From positions 96,001 to 160,000 of the forward strand of contig JBGPIA010000007.1 in the NCBI GenBank assembly GCA_041484665.1: 64,000 nucleotides of DNA, read 5' to 3'. The translations under genes were made by a program, and so were the position numbers. Source of the stretch: Candidatus Krumholzibacteriia bacterium. Lineage in GTDB: Bacteria; Krumholzibacteriota; Krumholzibacteriia; JAJRXK01. The notes below the pieces were generated by a model. That model was not told the DNA's origin. It did no database searches and worked only from the letters and a program-made list of their open reading frames with translations. Below are positions 19,980-30,082 of the stretch, piece by piece (the first letter of the stretch is position 1; every line of letters begins with the position of its first letter).

Positions 19980-20582
19980 TCATGGACAGTGGGATGCCAG
20001 CGTCACGCTGGGCGTGATCAGTCCGACGTCGACCAGGGTTATCTGGCCATCGTGATCGAAGTCGGATCGGAAGTTGTAGGTCTGCAGGTCCTGGGCAAAC
20101 ACCGCGACGTCTCCCAGATCGACCTTGCCGTTTGCCGTGATGTCTGTGCTGTTCACCTGGATGGGAAGCGGCGGTCCAACGAGCGCCATGCCGTGGACCA
20201 TGACCTGCAGCCCGCTGCGGGTTGCCCCGCCTCCCATGAGGGAGTTGCCGATGGTAGTGGTTCCGCTGGCGTCGGTGTTGTGATCGGCGACGGTGAGCGC
20301 GCCGCTGCAGATGCGAAGCTCGCCCGCAACCGCCGGCACCAACCAGATCTCCGAGGCCGGATAATTCGGGATGGGCGCCCCCGCGCCGTCACGCACGACC
20401 ACGGTCACCCGCGCGCCGATGGACGCGAGCGACTGGCCCGTGCCGGCAGGCGTGATGTAGATCGCGCCTCCGGCTGTCGTGGCGCTGCATTGTGCCGGAT
20501 CGGGAGACTGGCCGTGGGCGAGCGGCGTTGCCGCGCTGACCAACGTAACCGACGCGAGCACGGCGGCGAGCGGTCGGAACAT
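19980..20582 (-). CDS. Secreted protein with C-terminal dockerin/EF-hand-like repeat
   Basis: GGAGGT RBS, signal peptide, two Ca-loop-like repeats (DITANGKVDLGD, DFDHDGQITLVD). Confidence 0.78.
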   Translation of the reverse strand: MFRPLAAVLASVTLVSAATPLAHGQSPDPAQCSATTAGGAIYITPAGTGQSLASIGARVTVVVRDGAGAPIPNYPASEIWLVPAVAGELRICSGALTVADHNTDASGTTTIGNSLMGGGATRSGLQVMVHGMALVGPPLPIQVNSTDITANGKVDLGDVAVFAQDLQTYNFRSDFDHDGQITLVDVGLITPSVTLASHCP

Positions 20583-21045
20583 GATGACACCTCCAAACAG
20601 AGGGAGGGCGCTGGATTGAAGGCCGCCAGCGGACCCGCCTGGGCACCGGTCGTCACCGGTGCCCGACTCGGAAGGTAGGATCCGGCTCAGCGCAGAGCAA
20701 GCTCCCAAGCCCCTGGTACAAAGCGGGATGTTGCGGGGGCGTGGGCGTGAGTGACGGCGGTCTCGCAGCGTGACTCGCCCGCGCTCGCACGCCGCAGGGG
20801 CCTGCCAGGATTGCCGAGAAGGTGGGGGCTGTTCGCCAGATTGGCGAAGGCATGTCACAAAATCGGTACGGAACACTTGCTGGTCAGCGCGATGCCAAGA
20901 CAGCGGAAAGCAACAAGTCCGCGGCGATCATACAGTTCAACACCTCGTGCGAACCCGGCGCTCTGGACCCGCGGTCCGCACGCCGGCGCGGCCCGGCGAC
21001 CTCGCCTCCGGTCCCCAGCCACACGCCCCGCGCCCGATCCGGCGC

Positions 21046-23739
21046 CTATTTCACGAGCGTCAGCCCCCGCGTCAGCGTCTCGCCCGCGGCGCGTACGCGC
21101 GCCACGTATGGCCCAGAGGCCACGCCCAGCCCCTTGTCATCCTGACCATCCCAGACCACCGCCTGCTCGCCCGGCTGCAGCCACGCGTCGCGAAGCAGCG
21201 CGCGCACGCGCCGCCCGCGCAGATCGAAGACGTCGAGGCTGACGGCAGCGGGCGCGCCCAGCGTGAAGTGGAGCGTTGTGCGCGGGTTGAATGGGTTGGG
21301 GGCATTGCCGAGCGCCGCGAGCACGCGCCGCGGCGGCGGGTCGAGCGCCACGCCCACCGGAGCGTCCGGCAGCGGCCGTTCGTACACGCCATTGCCGTGC
21401 GTGGCCACGCGCAGCCGGCGCTGCGCCGGCGCAATGCTGAGGTCCATGACGATCACGGCGTCGGGGAGCCCATCGCGCAATTCCTGCCAGGTCGCGCCCG
21501 TGTCGAACGACACGTACACGCCCAGGTCGTTGCCCGCGAGGACGTGATTGGTGTGGAGCGGGTCCACGATCACCGCGGAAGTGGGCACGTCGGGCAGCGT
21601 TGCTCCGATATCCTGCCAGCTCACGCCCGAGTCGGGCGTCCGGAACAGATGGGATGTGCCGAAGCCGGAGAGCGCCACGTACGCGATCTGGTGGTCGGCC
21701 GGGTCCAGTGCGATGTCCATGGGATAGCGGTTGGGTAGCGTGCCCGTGATGTTGGTCCAGCTTGCCCCACCGTTGGCGGAACGGTAGAGGCAACGGCCAC
21801 TGGGATCGGGCACGGTGCCCGCGTAGAGCACCAGTGGATCGGTGGCCGAGACCGCCAGCGCGAGGATCATGTTGCCGTTGATGGGACCGCCTGCGCTCCA
21901 GTTCGTCCCTTGATTGAACGAGCGGTAGACCAGATTGCGCGCGGCGTAGATCGTGCCGGGACTGCTGGGCGCCAGCAGGTAGGGCGCCACGAACGCCGTG
22001 AAGGTCGCGCTTCCGGGCGGCGTGACGTCCTGCCAGTTGGCTCCGCCGTCGTACGAGCGCAGCAGGTTCAGGTACTGCCAGGATCCGTAGATCGTCTGCG
22101 GGTTCGTGCGATCGATCGCCGCCCAACCGCCGTCGCCGCCGATCTGCCGGTTCCACGCCGGGGTGCCCTGGAAGATCGCCGTGTAGTTGTCCTGCAGGCC
22201 ACCCAGCGCCGGCACGGTGTCGGTGGCCGCGGAGGCGAAGCCATTGTAGAACTGCCCGGTCTGGTACCCGCCGTTGCAGCCCTGGAACGTCGAGCCGCCG
22301 TCGATCGTCCGGAACACCCCGCCGTCGGTGCCGAAGTACGCAACGCTGCGATTCGAAGGATGGAACACGACGCAGTGGTGGTCGGCATGGGAGTAGTTGG
22401 GAGCGCCCTCGGGTCCGCCGATGGGGACCGGTCCGAAGTCGGACTGCCTCCAGTCGGAGGCCTGCACGAGCGCCGGCGGGGTGGGCCCCGTCTTCCAGAT
22501 GTCCACGCCGACCGTATAAACCCGATTGGGGTCGGCGGGATCGACGGCGATGTCATGGGCGAACCACCCCTGGTAGTTGGCGTAGTCGATCGTCGAGATG
22601 ACCGCCCACGTCTCGCCGGCATTGGTGGAGCGGGCCAGCCAGGTCCCTGCTCCGTCGGTGCTGCCATTGCCGATGCTCGCGTATACGGTGTTCGGGCTGG
22701 AAGGCGCGCTGGCCAGCTCCGCCTTGCCGCCATAGTTGAACGGCAGCCCGGAGGTCTGATGGGTCCAGGTCTGGCCGCCGTTGAGTGTGCGGTAGATGCC
22801 GAATCCGATGGTCGTGAAGTTGCCGCAGGCGACCAGCACCGTGTCCGGGCGCGCCGGGTGGACCTCGAGATCGGTCGCCATGACGACGTTCAGCGAAGGC
22901 GTCCAGCTGACCCCCGCGTTCTGGGACAGAAAGACGCCCTCGGTGGTGGCCGCCCACACGCGCGACGGCGTGCCGGGGTCGATGCGCACGGTCCACACTC
23001 CGCGCCGCTGCGCTTGGCTCCAGTCCAGGCTCTTGGTCCAGGTCTTGCCGCCATCCGTCGTCTTGAGGATCCCGATCCCGTAGCTACCGCGCGTGGTGCG
23101 CTCGGCCACGCCCCCGAGGGTGTTCTGGTAGGCGTAGACCTCGCCGGTGCCGATGTAGATGAGGTCGGAGTCGGTGGAAGCGATGGCGATCGTGCTGACG
23201 GCCAGCACGGGAAACCCCGTGGGCACGTACGCCCACGCCTGCGCGCCCACGCCGCCCGTACGACTACGCCACAGTCCGCCGCCCGCAGACCCGGCGTAGA
23301 CCGTGCTCGCGTTCTGTGGGTTGAACGCCACCACCAGTGTGCGGCCGCCGATGTTGCGCGGCCCCAGCGCGCGCCACGCACCGGCGAGCTTGCCTTGCGC
23401 CCCCTCGGGTGCCGCGAGCACGGCGCGCGAGTAGGCGAAGCCGTCGGCGTGGCCGCGGTCGGGGATCACCCTGGCTGGGTAGGCGCGCGGCTGCGTCCAG
23501 AAGTCCAGCGCGTCCATCGCGCCGGAAGTCTCGGGGGGCTCGCGGCGCAGAAGGCGCTCGCGATCGAGCGAGTCCCCGCGTTTGGGCGAGTGCCCACGAT
23601 CGAGCGGGTGCCCGCGATGGCGAGCAACAGCGCGATCGCGCTCGAGGACTTGCGGGCGCGAGAGGAGGAAGGCCAGGCCAGCGGCAACGACGCAAACACT
23701 GCCGAGGATAGCGGCGACGCGCGCGGTCCCACGCAGCAT
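21046..23739 (-). CDS. Secreted BNR-repeat beta-propeller with FlgD-like/T9SS-type C-terminal domain
   Basis: GGAGG RBS, signal anchor, LGPRNIGGRT, TTDGGKTW-type repeats, C-terminal PNPFNP and VFDLRGRRV...WDGQDD...SGPY. Confidence 0.88.
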   Translation of the reverse strand: MLRGTARVAAILGSVCVVAAGLAFLLSRPQVLERDRAVARHRGHPLDRGHSPKRGDSLDRERLLRREPPETSGAMDALDFWTQPRAYPARVIPDRGHADGFAYSRAVLAAPEGAQGKLAGAWRALGPRNIGGRTLVVAFNPQNASTVYAGSAGGGLWRSRTGGVGAQAWAYVPTGFPVLAVSTIAIASTDSDLIYIGTGEVYAYQNTLGGVAERTTRGSYGIGILKTTDGGKTWTKSLDWSQAQRRGVWTVRIDPGTPSRVWAATTEGVFLSQNAGVSWTPSLNVVMATDLEVHPARPDTVLVACGNFTTIGFGIYRTLNGGQTWTHQTSGLPFNYGGKAELASAPSSPNTVYASIGNGSTDGAGTWLARSTNAGETWAVISTIDYANYQGWFAHDIAVDPADPNRVYTVGVDIWKTGPTPPALVQASDWRQSDFGPVPIGGPEGAPNYSHADHHCVVFHPSNRSVAYFGTDGGVFRTIDGGSTFQGCNGGYQTGQFYNGFASAATDTVPALGGLQDNYTAIFQGTPAWNRQIGGDGGWAAIDRTNPQTIYGSWQYLNLLRSYDGGANWQDVTPPGSATFTAFVAPYLLAPSSPGTIYAARNLVYRSFNQGTNWSAGGPINGNMILALAVSATDPLVLYAGTVPDPSGRCLYRSANGGASWTNITGTLPNRYPMDIALDPADHQIAYVALSGFGTSHLFRTPDSGVSWQDIGATLPDVPTSAVIVDPLHTNHVLAGNDLGVYVSFDTGATWQELRDGLPDAVIVMDLSIAPAQRRLRVATHGNGVYERPLPDAPVGVALDPPPRRVLAALGNAPNPFNPRTTLHFTLGAPAAVSLDVFDLRGRRVRALLRDAWLQPGEQAVVWDGQDDKGLGVASGPYVARVRAAGETLTRGLTLVK

Positions 23740-23936
23740 GTTGTTCCTCCAGCTCTTGGGGATCTGGGCGCGGTGGGATCGCCCCTGCATTCCCAAGGAT
23801 ACGGCGGCGGGCCGGGGCGAGGAAAGCCCAGCGCGCCGGGACTCCGGTGCGCCGGGTCACCGGATCGGTTACCTTCTCCCTCTTTCCGCATCGTCTGGCG
23901 CAGGCGCCGTGCCCGCGTGCCCCCGGAAGTCTCCCC

Positions 23937-25220
23937 ATGCTGCGTTCCTACCTGAGCCTCCCCCGGTCGGTCCACGTGCTCTGCGTGGGCACGCTGATCA
24001 ACCGGGCCGGCACGCTGCTCATGCTGTTCCTCGCGCTCTACCTGCAGAGCGAGCTGGATCTGAGCATTGAGACGATCACGCGCATCATGGGCACGTTCGG
24101 GCTGGGCGCCATCGGCGCGGCCCTGGTGGGAGGCCACCTCGCCGACGTGATGGGCCGCAAGCGGGTGATGGTGGGCAGCCTGGCGGGAGCCGCAGTCGTG
24201 CTGGGGTGCTTCCCATTGCTGCGCTCGCCCGTCGCTGTGGTCGGCGGCCTGCTGCTGCTGGCGTTCATCGGGGAGATGTACCGCCCCGCGACGCAGGCCA
24301 TGATCGCCGATCTGGTGGAGCCGCAGATCCGCCCACGTGCCTTCACGCTCCTCTACGTGTCGGTGAACCTGGGCTTCGGCATCGCGCCGCTCGTGGGCGG
24401 GCTGATTGCGAAGGTCGGCTTCCGATGGCTGTGCTGGGTCGACGGGCTGACGTCGGGTGTCTACGCGTTGATCGTCTTGCTGCTCATCCACGAGACCCAG
24501 CGGGCGCCGGTTCCGCTCGCGAATGAGCGCGTGGCAGCCGGTGCGCAGGAGCACCAAGCGCTCAGGCCGGCGGCGGATGCGGCGGCAACCGTGACGGCCC
24601 GCGCGGCGGCGCGACACATCCTGCACGACGGAACGATGCTCGCCTTCGCCGGAAGCACGTTCCTGATGGCGATGTGCTTCATGCAGTCGTTCTCGACGTT
24701 TCCGTTGTTCCTGCGGCAGCGGGGGATCGACGCCGCGGGCTTCGGGAGAATCCTCTCACTGAACGGCTTCATGATCACGTTCCTCCAACTGCCCCTGACG
24801 CACCTCCTGGAGCGGCGCCGGCGCGACCTCGTCGCGGTGGCAGGTATGTTGCTCATCGGCGCCGGATTCGGACTGAACGCCGTGGCGCACGGTGCGCGGC
24901 AATTCGCGGGCGCGGTCGCGGTGTGGACGTTTGGTGAGATGCTGCACGCGTCGGTGGCCCCGACCATCGTGTCCGAGCTGTCACCTCCGTCCCTGCGCGG
25001 GCGCTACATGGGCGTGTTCGGGATGTGCTTCTCGATCGCGAACATGCTGGCCGCCCCACTGGGCGGCATCATCCTGGCGCGTCACGGCGGCAAAGGCCTC
25101 TGGGGCGCAATGTTCGGACTGGCAGTGGGTGGCGCTCTGCTGTGCGCGCTGGCCGGACCCGGGATCGTGAGGCGGGCGAGCCGTAGGGAACGGCCCGCGC
25201 CGGCAGCCGCAGCAGCCTAG
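23937..25220 (+). CDS. MFS transporter
   Basis: About 12 TM helices, motif A GHLADVMGRKR, SLRGRYMG. Confidence 0.9.
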   Translation: MLRSYLSLPRSVHVLCVGTLINRAGTLLMLFLALYLQSELDLSIETITRIMGTFGLGAIGAALVGGHLADVMGRKRVMVGSLAGAAVVLGCFPLLRSPVAVVGGLLLLAFIGEMYRPATQAMIADLVEPQIRPRAFTLLYVSVNLGFGIAPLVGGLIAKVGFRWLCWVDGLTSGVYALIVLLLIHETQRAPVPLANERVAAGAQEHQALRPAADAAATVTARAAARHILHDGTMLAFAGSTFLMAMCFMQSFSTFPLFLRQRGIDAAGFGRILSLNGFMITFLQLPLTHLLERRRRDLVAVAGMLLIGAGFGLNAVAHGARQFAGAVAVWTFGEMLHASVAPTIVSELSPPSLRGRYMGVFGMCFSIANMLAAPLGGIILARHGGKGLWGAMFGLAVGGALLCALAGPGIVRRASRRERPAPAAAAA

Positions 25221-25257
25221 GGCCACGCGAGACGCAGGCCCCGTGCGTGGTGCCGCG

Positions 25258-26100
25258 CTATCCCTTGCGCCCCGGCCAGCTCAGCTTCACGAACAGGGTG
25301 GCGGTGGTGTCACCGCGCTTGAGGCCCGGCGTTCCGTTGTTGCCCACATAGCTCACGCCCACGCCCAGGCGTCCGCTCACCGGCTTCACAGTGGATAGTC
25401 CCCAGGCCAGCGAATCGCCGTCATGGACGTAGTGGCCACGCAGGTCCTTGAGGAACAAGACACCGACGTCGCCGTGCATGCCCCACACCTGCGGAGCCGG
25501 CAACCGCAGCGCGATGAACGGACCGCTCCCGGAGCGCGAGTTGAGCAGGATCCCCTCCAGCCCCAGTAGCATCGGCGCCGTGTTGGTGTCGGTCCACAGG
25601 CTCCCGTAGCCCACGCGCAGGTCGGAGCCACCCAGAGCCCAGATGAGCGACCCGCAGTTGCTGGCTCCACCCTGCTTCACCTGGGCCTCGTAGGTGTTGC
25701 CCATCTGCCGCTGGACCGGGGCGACGCGATGGCCGGAGACGTGATGGAACTCCGCTTGGAAGCCCAGCCCGGGCGGCGCCATGCGCAGCGCCATGTTGTA
25801 CTCCGTGCGCCCGGGCTGGACGATCAGGCTGAGTGGATCGTGGGGATCGCCGAAAACGGGGCTGTCGAAGCGCAGCTGGACAGCCAGGCCGATGGCGTCG
25901 ACCAGCGGCGCATGGGTCTGTACGCTCCAGAACGCGACCGGATCGTTGCGTTCCAGTTGCGAGCACGCGAGCTGGCCCCAGGTGGCGGAAACGCGCAAGG
26001 TCTGCTGCTCCCGCGCAGGCGCGCCCGCTGCGAAGCAGACGCGCGCCAGCAGCACCCACAGCAGAGCTACACTGATCGGAGCAAGGATTCGTCGCAGCAT
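25258..26100 (-). CDS. Hypothetical exported protein, possibly an outer-membrane beta-barrel
   Basis: Signal peptide, amphipathic beta-strand-like segments, C-terminal LFVKLSW. Confidence 0.6.
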   Translation of the reverse strand: MLRRILAPISVALLWVLLARVCFAAGAPAREQQTLRVSATWGQLACSQLERNDPVAFWSVQTHAPLVDAIGLAVQLRFDSPVFGDPHDPLSLIVQPGRTEYNMALRMAPPGLGFQAEFHHVSGHRVAPVQRQMGNTYEAQVKQGGASNCGSLIWALGGSDLRVGYGSLWTDTNTAPMLLGLEGILLNSRSGSGPFIALRLPAPQVWGMHGDVGVLFLKDLRGHYVHDGDSLAWGLSTVKPVSGRLGVGVSYVGNNGTPGLKRGDTTATLFVKLSWPGRKG

Positions 26101-26411
26101 GGAGCCAACGCGCGGAAGCGGACCGGGCTGCGTCCCACCACGAAGATTCTAGCACGCGGCAAGGGGCGCGATACGACGATGTGTATCGAATTGCGAGATG
26201 ATCGGGCTTCCACCAGCTGCAAGCGCGCACAGACTGCGCTGCCAGCAGCCACCGACGAGGAGCGAGCGGCCCTCACGCGTCCTTACGCACCCGCGCCGCA
26301 CCGCGGGAGTGCGCCAAGACCGCGCCGTGGGGCCGCTCGTAGCGCGACGCAACGATCGGGAGCGATGCGGTCGCGCACGACGCCGCGCACCAGCGCGCGC
26401 GGCCGCGCGTC

Positions 26412-27669
26412 CTACCGCACGAGAGCGAGCGGCGTGCTCTGCAGCTTTGACCCGCTGCGGACGATTGCCACGTACACTCCGGACGCGACACCGAGGCCAG
26501 CTTCGTCGCGGCCATCCCAGCGCACGCGGTTGAGACCCGCTACGGCGCGACCGCCAAAGAGACTGCGCACCCGCCGGCCGCGCGCGTCCACGATCAGCGC
26601 CTCGACCGCAGCCGCGTGGCGCAGTACGAAGCGGATCTCGGTGGATGGGTTGAAAGGGTTGGGCGCTCCGGGCAGCAACCGCAGATTCGCCGCGCTACGC
26701 GCCCCCAGCTCCGGCGGTCCCGCGGGCGTGCCGGAGACGTTCTGCGCGTGGTCGAACGGACCCAGGTCGGCTGCGGTGCCGTCGGGGTCGTGGGGCAGCG
26801 AGGGGTCGCCCGCGTCGATGGCGGGACTCCACGCCAAGAGCGTGAATCCGCCGTGGTCCGGATCGGCCAGCAGCGGATCGCCGTCGAGATTGCCATAGAC
26901 GCCGTCGCCGGGCGCGACATCGTTCGCCTGCGCGCCGGTCAGGTCGCTGCCGCCGACCAGGATCGCCGCCACGGCGTTCCCGTAGAACAGATTGAACGCA
27001 ACGACATACGGAAGCGTGCCCAGGGCGCAGATGCCGCGGCCGCACGCCCGGCGTGCCATTCTGGTAGAAGATGTTGTGGCGGATCGTGCGGGCGCTGCTC
27101 TCGTTGAAGAGCAGTCCGTTGCTCGTGCCACGCCCGATCAGGTTGTGCTCGACGATGCCGCCGCTGAACTCACCGAGCTGGACTCCGTGCGGGTCGACCC
27201 CATCGGTCGGATCGCTATCGAAGCTCTGCCAGGCCACGTTGTGATGGATTCAGGGCTGCGCCGTGCCGCCCACGTAGATCGCCGCTCCGCGCCGCCGCGC
27301 GGCGTTGGCCTGCAGCAGGTTGTGGTCGATCTGGAAGTCGCCCGCCAGCACGTTGATCCCGCCGCCGCGGTCGGCCGCGCCGTTGGTGATGCTGAACCCG
27401 CTCCCCCGCCCGCCAGAGGCTGTGTTGCACACCACCACCGAATTCGCGGCGTTGCCCTGGAGGATTGACAGTCCCATGCCGGCACCCAGCAGCGTCAGCC
27501 CACTCTTGTCCAGGGTCAGCGGGAGAGTCTCGCCGGTCTGCGGTCCGTACGTGCCGGGGCCGACCGCGATCGTGTCGCCCGGCGTCGCGGCGGCAATGGC
27601 CGCCGAGACGGTGCCGTGGTCGGCGGGAACGCGCCGGATCGCGGCCGACGCCGTCCCAAGCGTGAGCAT
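26412..27669 (-). pseudogene. Disrupted secreted beta-helix (DUF1565-like) protein with FlgD-like C-terminal domain
   Basis: One coherent protein (TVSAAIAAATPGDTIAVGPGTY...GETLPL...SPAIDAGDP...PNPFNP) is split by an in-frame TGA at 27250-27252 and a frameshift near 27040-27045. Confidence 0.75.
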
Positions 27670-28019
27670 GCAGGCGAGAGATGCGCCTGCGCGGACGAGC
27701 GCACGGAGAACCGCGACGTGGCGCGCCCTTGGGCGGTGAACCGCGCCTAGGAGTGCCGCCGGGAATACCCCGAATCGGTGCAATCGAGCGTGGACCAGCA
27801 CGCGGTCTGCCTCCTGGGAGAGATGGGACACTGCCCACGGCCGGCCGAAGCGCGGCCCGGGCGCGGCAGAGGCCTCACACGGCCACCCCTGCGCCCCAGC
27901 CTGGGGGCTGTGCCATCCAAAACGATGGAATGTAGACGCTGGTTCCCGCGGCGGCCAGAACGCGCGCCGCGCTAGGGTCGGCGGATCGGGCGCGCAGTGG
28001 CGGGCACCCGGCTTGCGGA

Positions 28020-28850
28020 CTACGCCTCCGCCAGCGAGAACGCCTCGCGCCCCACGCAGAGATTGTGCTTGGCCGCGAGCTCCGCGAACCGCGCCAGCCC
28101 CGCCAGCTCCGCCTCGCCCAGGTCGTAGTGCATGGCATCGCGCCAGTAGGACTCGATCCACGCCGTGCCCAGGCCGCGCGTGGCCGACTCGCGCTCTGCC
28201 AGCGCGTGGAGCTGCGCCAACCCGCGGGCCTTGGCCTCCCGCAGGCGTGTCACCAGCTCGGCGCGCGCAGCGGCTCCAGGCGCCTCGGTCAGCTCCGTGG
28301 ACAACACCCATGCGGCGTAGACGAACGGCAGCCCGGTCAGCTCGCGCCACATCTCGCCCAGGTCGTAGTCGTGCAAGCCGGTTGCGTCGACCTGCGTCGC
28401 GCGGTCGCCGATCACCAGCACCGTCTCGTGGTGCTCGAACAGCGCCTCGGGCCGCGGCTTTGCCACATGCATGTCGGGCTGGCAGCCGTACAGCTCGGCC
28501 AGCAGCACGCGCAACAGCGCCACGCTCGTGCGCGAGGCGCGGTCGACGGCGATCGACGTGGCCTCGGGCAGCGCCACCTTCGAGAAGACCCTCACCGTGT
28601 GCACGGGCCCGTGCGACGCGATGCAGATGCCGGGCACGATCGGGCCGCCCACGCCCCGCAGGTACTCCACGACCGGGATCAAGCCCACGTCGATGCGGTC
28701 CTCGAACAGCGCGTCGGCCAGGCGCGCCGGAAGGTCGAGCGACAGCGCGACGTCGCGTTGCTCCCGCAGCCCCTCGATCAGGGGCACGCTGTTGAGGAAC
28801 GAGACCGCGCCAATGCGGTACGGATCCGGATGCTCAACGCGATGGATCAT
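28020..28850 (-). CDS. mqnA: Chorismate dehydratase (futalosine pathway)
   Basis: IGAVSFLNSVPL, SRTSVALL, LVIGDRA, DLGEMWRELTGLPFVYAAW. Confidence 0.92.
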   Translation of the reverse strand: MIHRVEHPDPYRIGAVSFLNSVPLIEGLREQRDVALSLDLPARLADALFEDRIDVGLIPVVEYLRGVGGPIVPGICIASHGPVHTVRVFSKVALPEATSIAVDRASRTSVALLRVLLAELYGCQPDMHVAKPRPEALFEHHETVLVIGDRATQVDATGLHDYDLGEMWRELTGLPFVYAAWVLSTELTEAPGAAARAELVTRLREAKARGLAQLHALAERESATRGLGTAWIESYWRDAMHYDLGEAELAGLARFAELAAKHNLCVGREAFSLAEA

Positions 28851-29956
28851 GACTCCTCGAAGATACCGTTGCGATGCACGGGCTCGAAACGCTCCTCGGC
28901 CAGCCAGCGACGCAGCTCGGTCTCGGTCAGGTCGGCGGACTCGAGGTCCGCCTTGCGATCGCGCGGCGCCAGCGTGACCCGTCCCTCCAGGTCGTCGGCT
29001 CCACAGGCCAGCATGAGCTGCGCCATCTTCAGATCGCTACGGTTGTACAGCACGCGCACATGCGGCACCTCCGCCAGTCCGAGCCTGCAGGCCGCGAGGA
29101 ACTTGAGTTCGTCGAACCCGCCGGTCAAGGAGAGATCGCGCTCTGCGCGGCCGACCCTTTCTGCCGCGGCCACCGGCGCAACGCTCTGGAACACCTGGAC
29201 CTCCGCCTGCAACCGCCCGATGGCAACGATCTGCCCCAGCACCGCGCCGGACTCGATGTGCGGCCCGTACACGACCGACGCGTTGCCCCGCAGCCCTGCC
29301 TCCGCCGCAGCGCGCCAGAACCCCTCCCACCGTTGCTGAGCCTGCGGCCCCTGTGTCGGATGGACCGCGGGGTGTGTCCCGTCGGACACGACCTGCAGAC
29401 CCGCCTTCGACAGCGCGCGCAGGGCCTGCGCGTCAGGCGTCCGGCCGGTGTCGAGCCTGCGGATCAGATCGCTGGCGCAGCCGAGCTGGAGGGTGGAGCG
29501 TCTCGGCCGCAGATCGGGCTCCGCCCCGGGCAGGCTGTGCAAAGCCTGCGCCAGCGTCTCCAGGAGCTCCGTCAGGCGCACCATGTCGTCCCCGGGCGCG
29601 CCCGCGTGCGGTGGTAGCAACACGTGGAGATCGCTCACGGGCGGCTGCGCGAGCGCCGGGACCGCGGCCGCCAGCGCCAGCGACGCCGCCGGCGCGCAAG
29701 CCCATGCCGAGGCCCCCTCCTGGGTCTCCCCACAGATCGGGCAGGCGCTTGCCCCCGATTGCACGTCGAGATGGGCAACCGTCACGTAGGTCGTGCGTCC
29801 GCCGTGGCGCTCGCGTCGCAGCTGGTCCGCTTGCCGCGCGGGCTCCAGCGGGTGCGGCCCGGTCAGCAGCCGGGCCAGCCCGTCGCGGTCGAGCGGGAAA
29901 TCCACGGGCCTCCGTCGTGGGCCATCATCTTGGGGGGTCACCCTGCGGTCCGTCAT
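28847..29956 (-). CDS. Divergent MqnE/CofH-like protein with an incomplete radical SAM motif
   Basis: ADQLRRERHGGRTTYV, GLRGNASVVYG, and AQLMLACGADDLEG resemble MqnE. The cysteine motif is GASACPIC (CxxC only). Translationally coupled to mqnA. Confidence 0.7.
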   Translation of the reverse strand: MTDRRVTPQDDGPRRRPVDFPLDRDGLARLLTGPHPLEPARQADQLRRERHGGRTTYVTVAHLDVQSGASACPICGETQEGASAWACAPAASLALAAAVPALAQPPVSDLHVLLPPHAGAPGDDMVRLTELLETLAQALHSLPGAEPDLRPRRSTLQLGCASDLIRRLDTGRTPDAQALRALSKAGLQVVSDGTHPAVHPTQGPQAQQRWEGFWRAAAEAGLRGNASVVYGPHIESGAVLGQIVAIGRLQAEVQVFQSVAPVAAAERVGRAERDLSLTGGFDELKFLAACRLGLAEVPHVRVLYNRSDLKMAQLMLACGADDLEGRVTLAPRDRKADLESADLTETELRRWLAEERFEPVHRNGIFEES

Positions 29957-30082
29957 GGGGCCAACCTCGCGGCCCAACCGCAGCCCAGCCGCGGGCCAAC
30001 CTGGGGCCATCCTCGAGAAATCCTCAGCTCATCGTGGGGTCGTCCTGGCGCGCCCTTCCCACATCCCGGCCCGCCCTCGCCG

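Noticed and set aside
27250..27252. Selenocysteine or programmed read-through at the in-frame TGA
   Set aside because: No redox-motif context or obvious SECIS, a second lesion in the same gene, and TGA is a normal stop elsewhere in the window.
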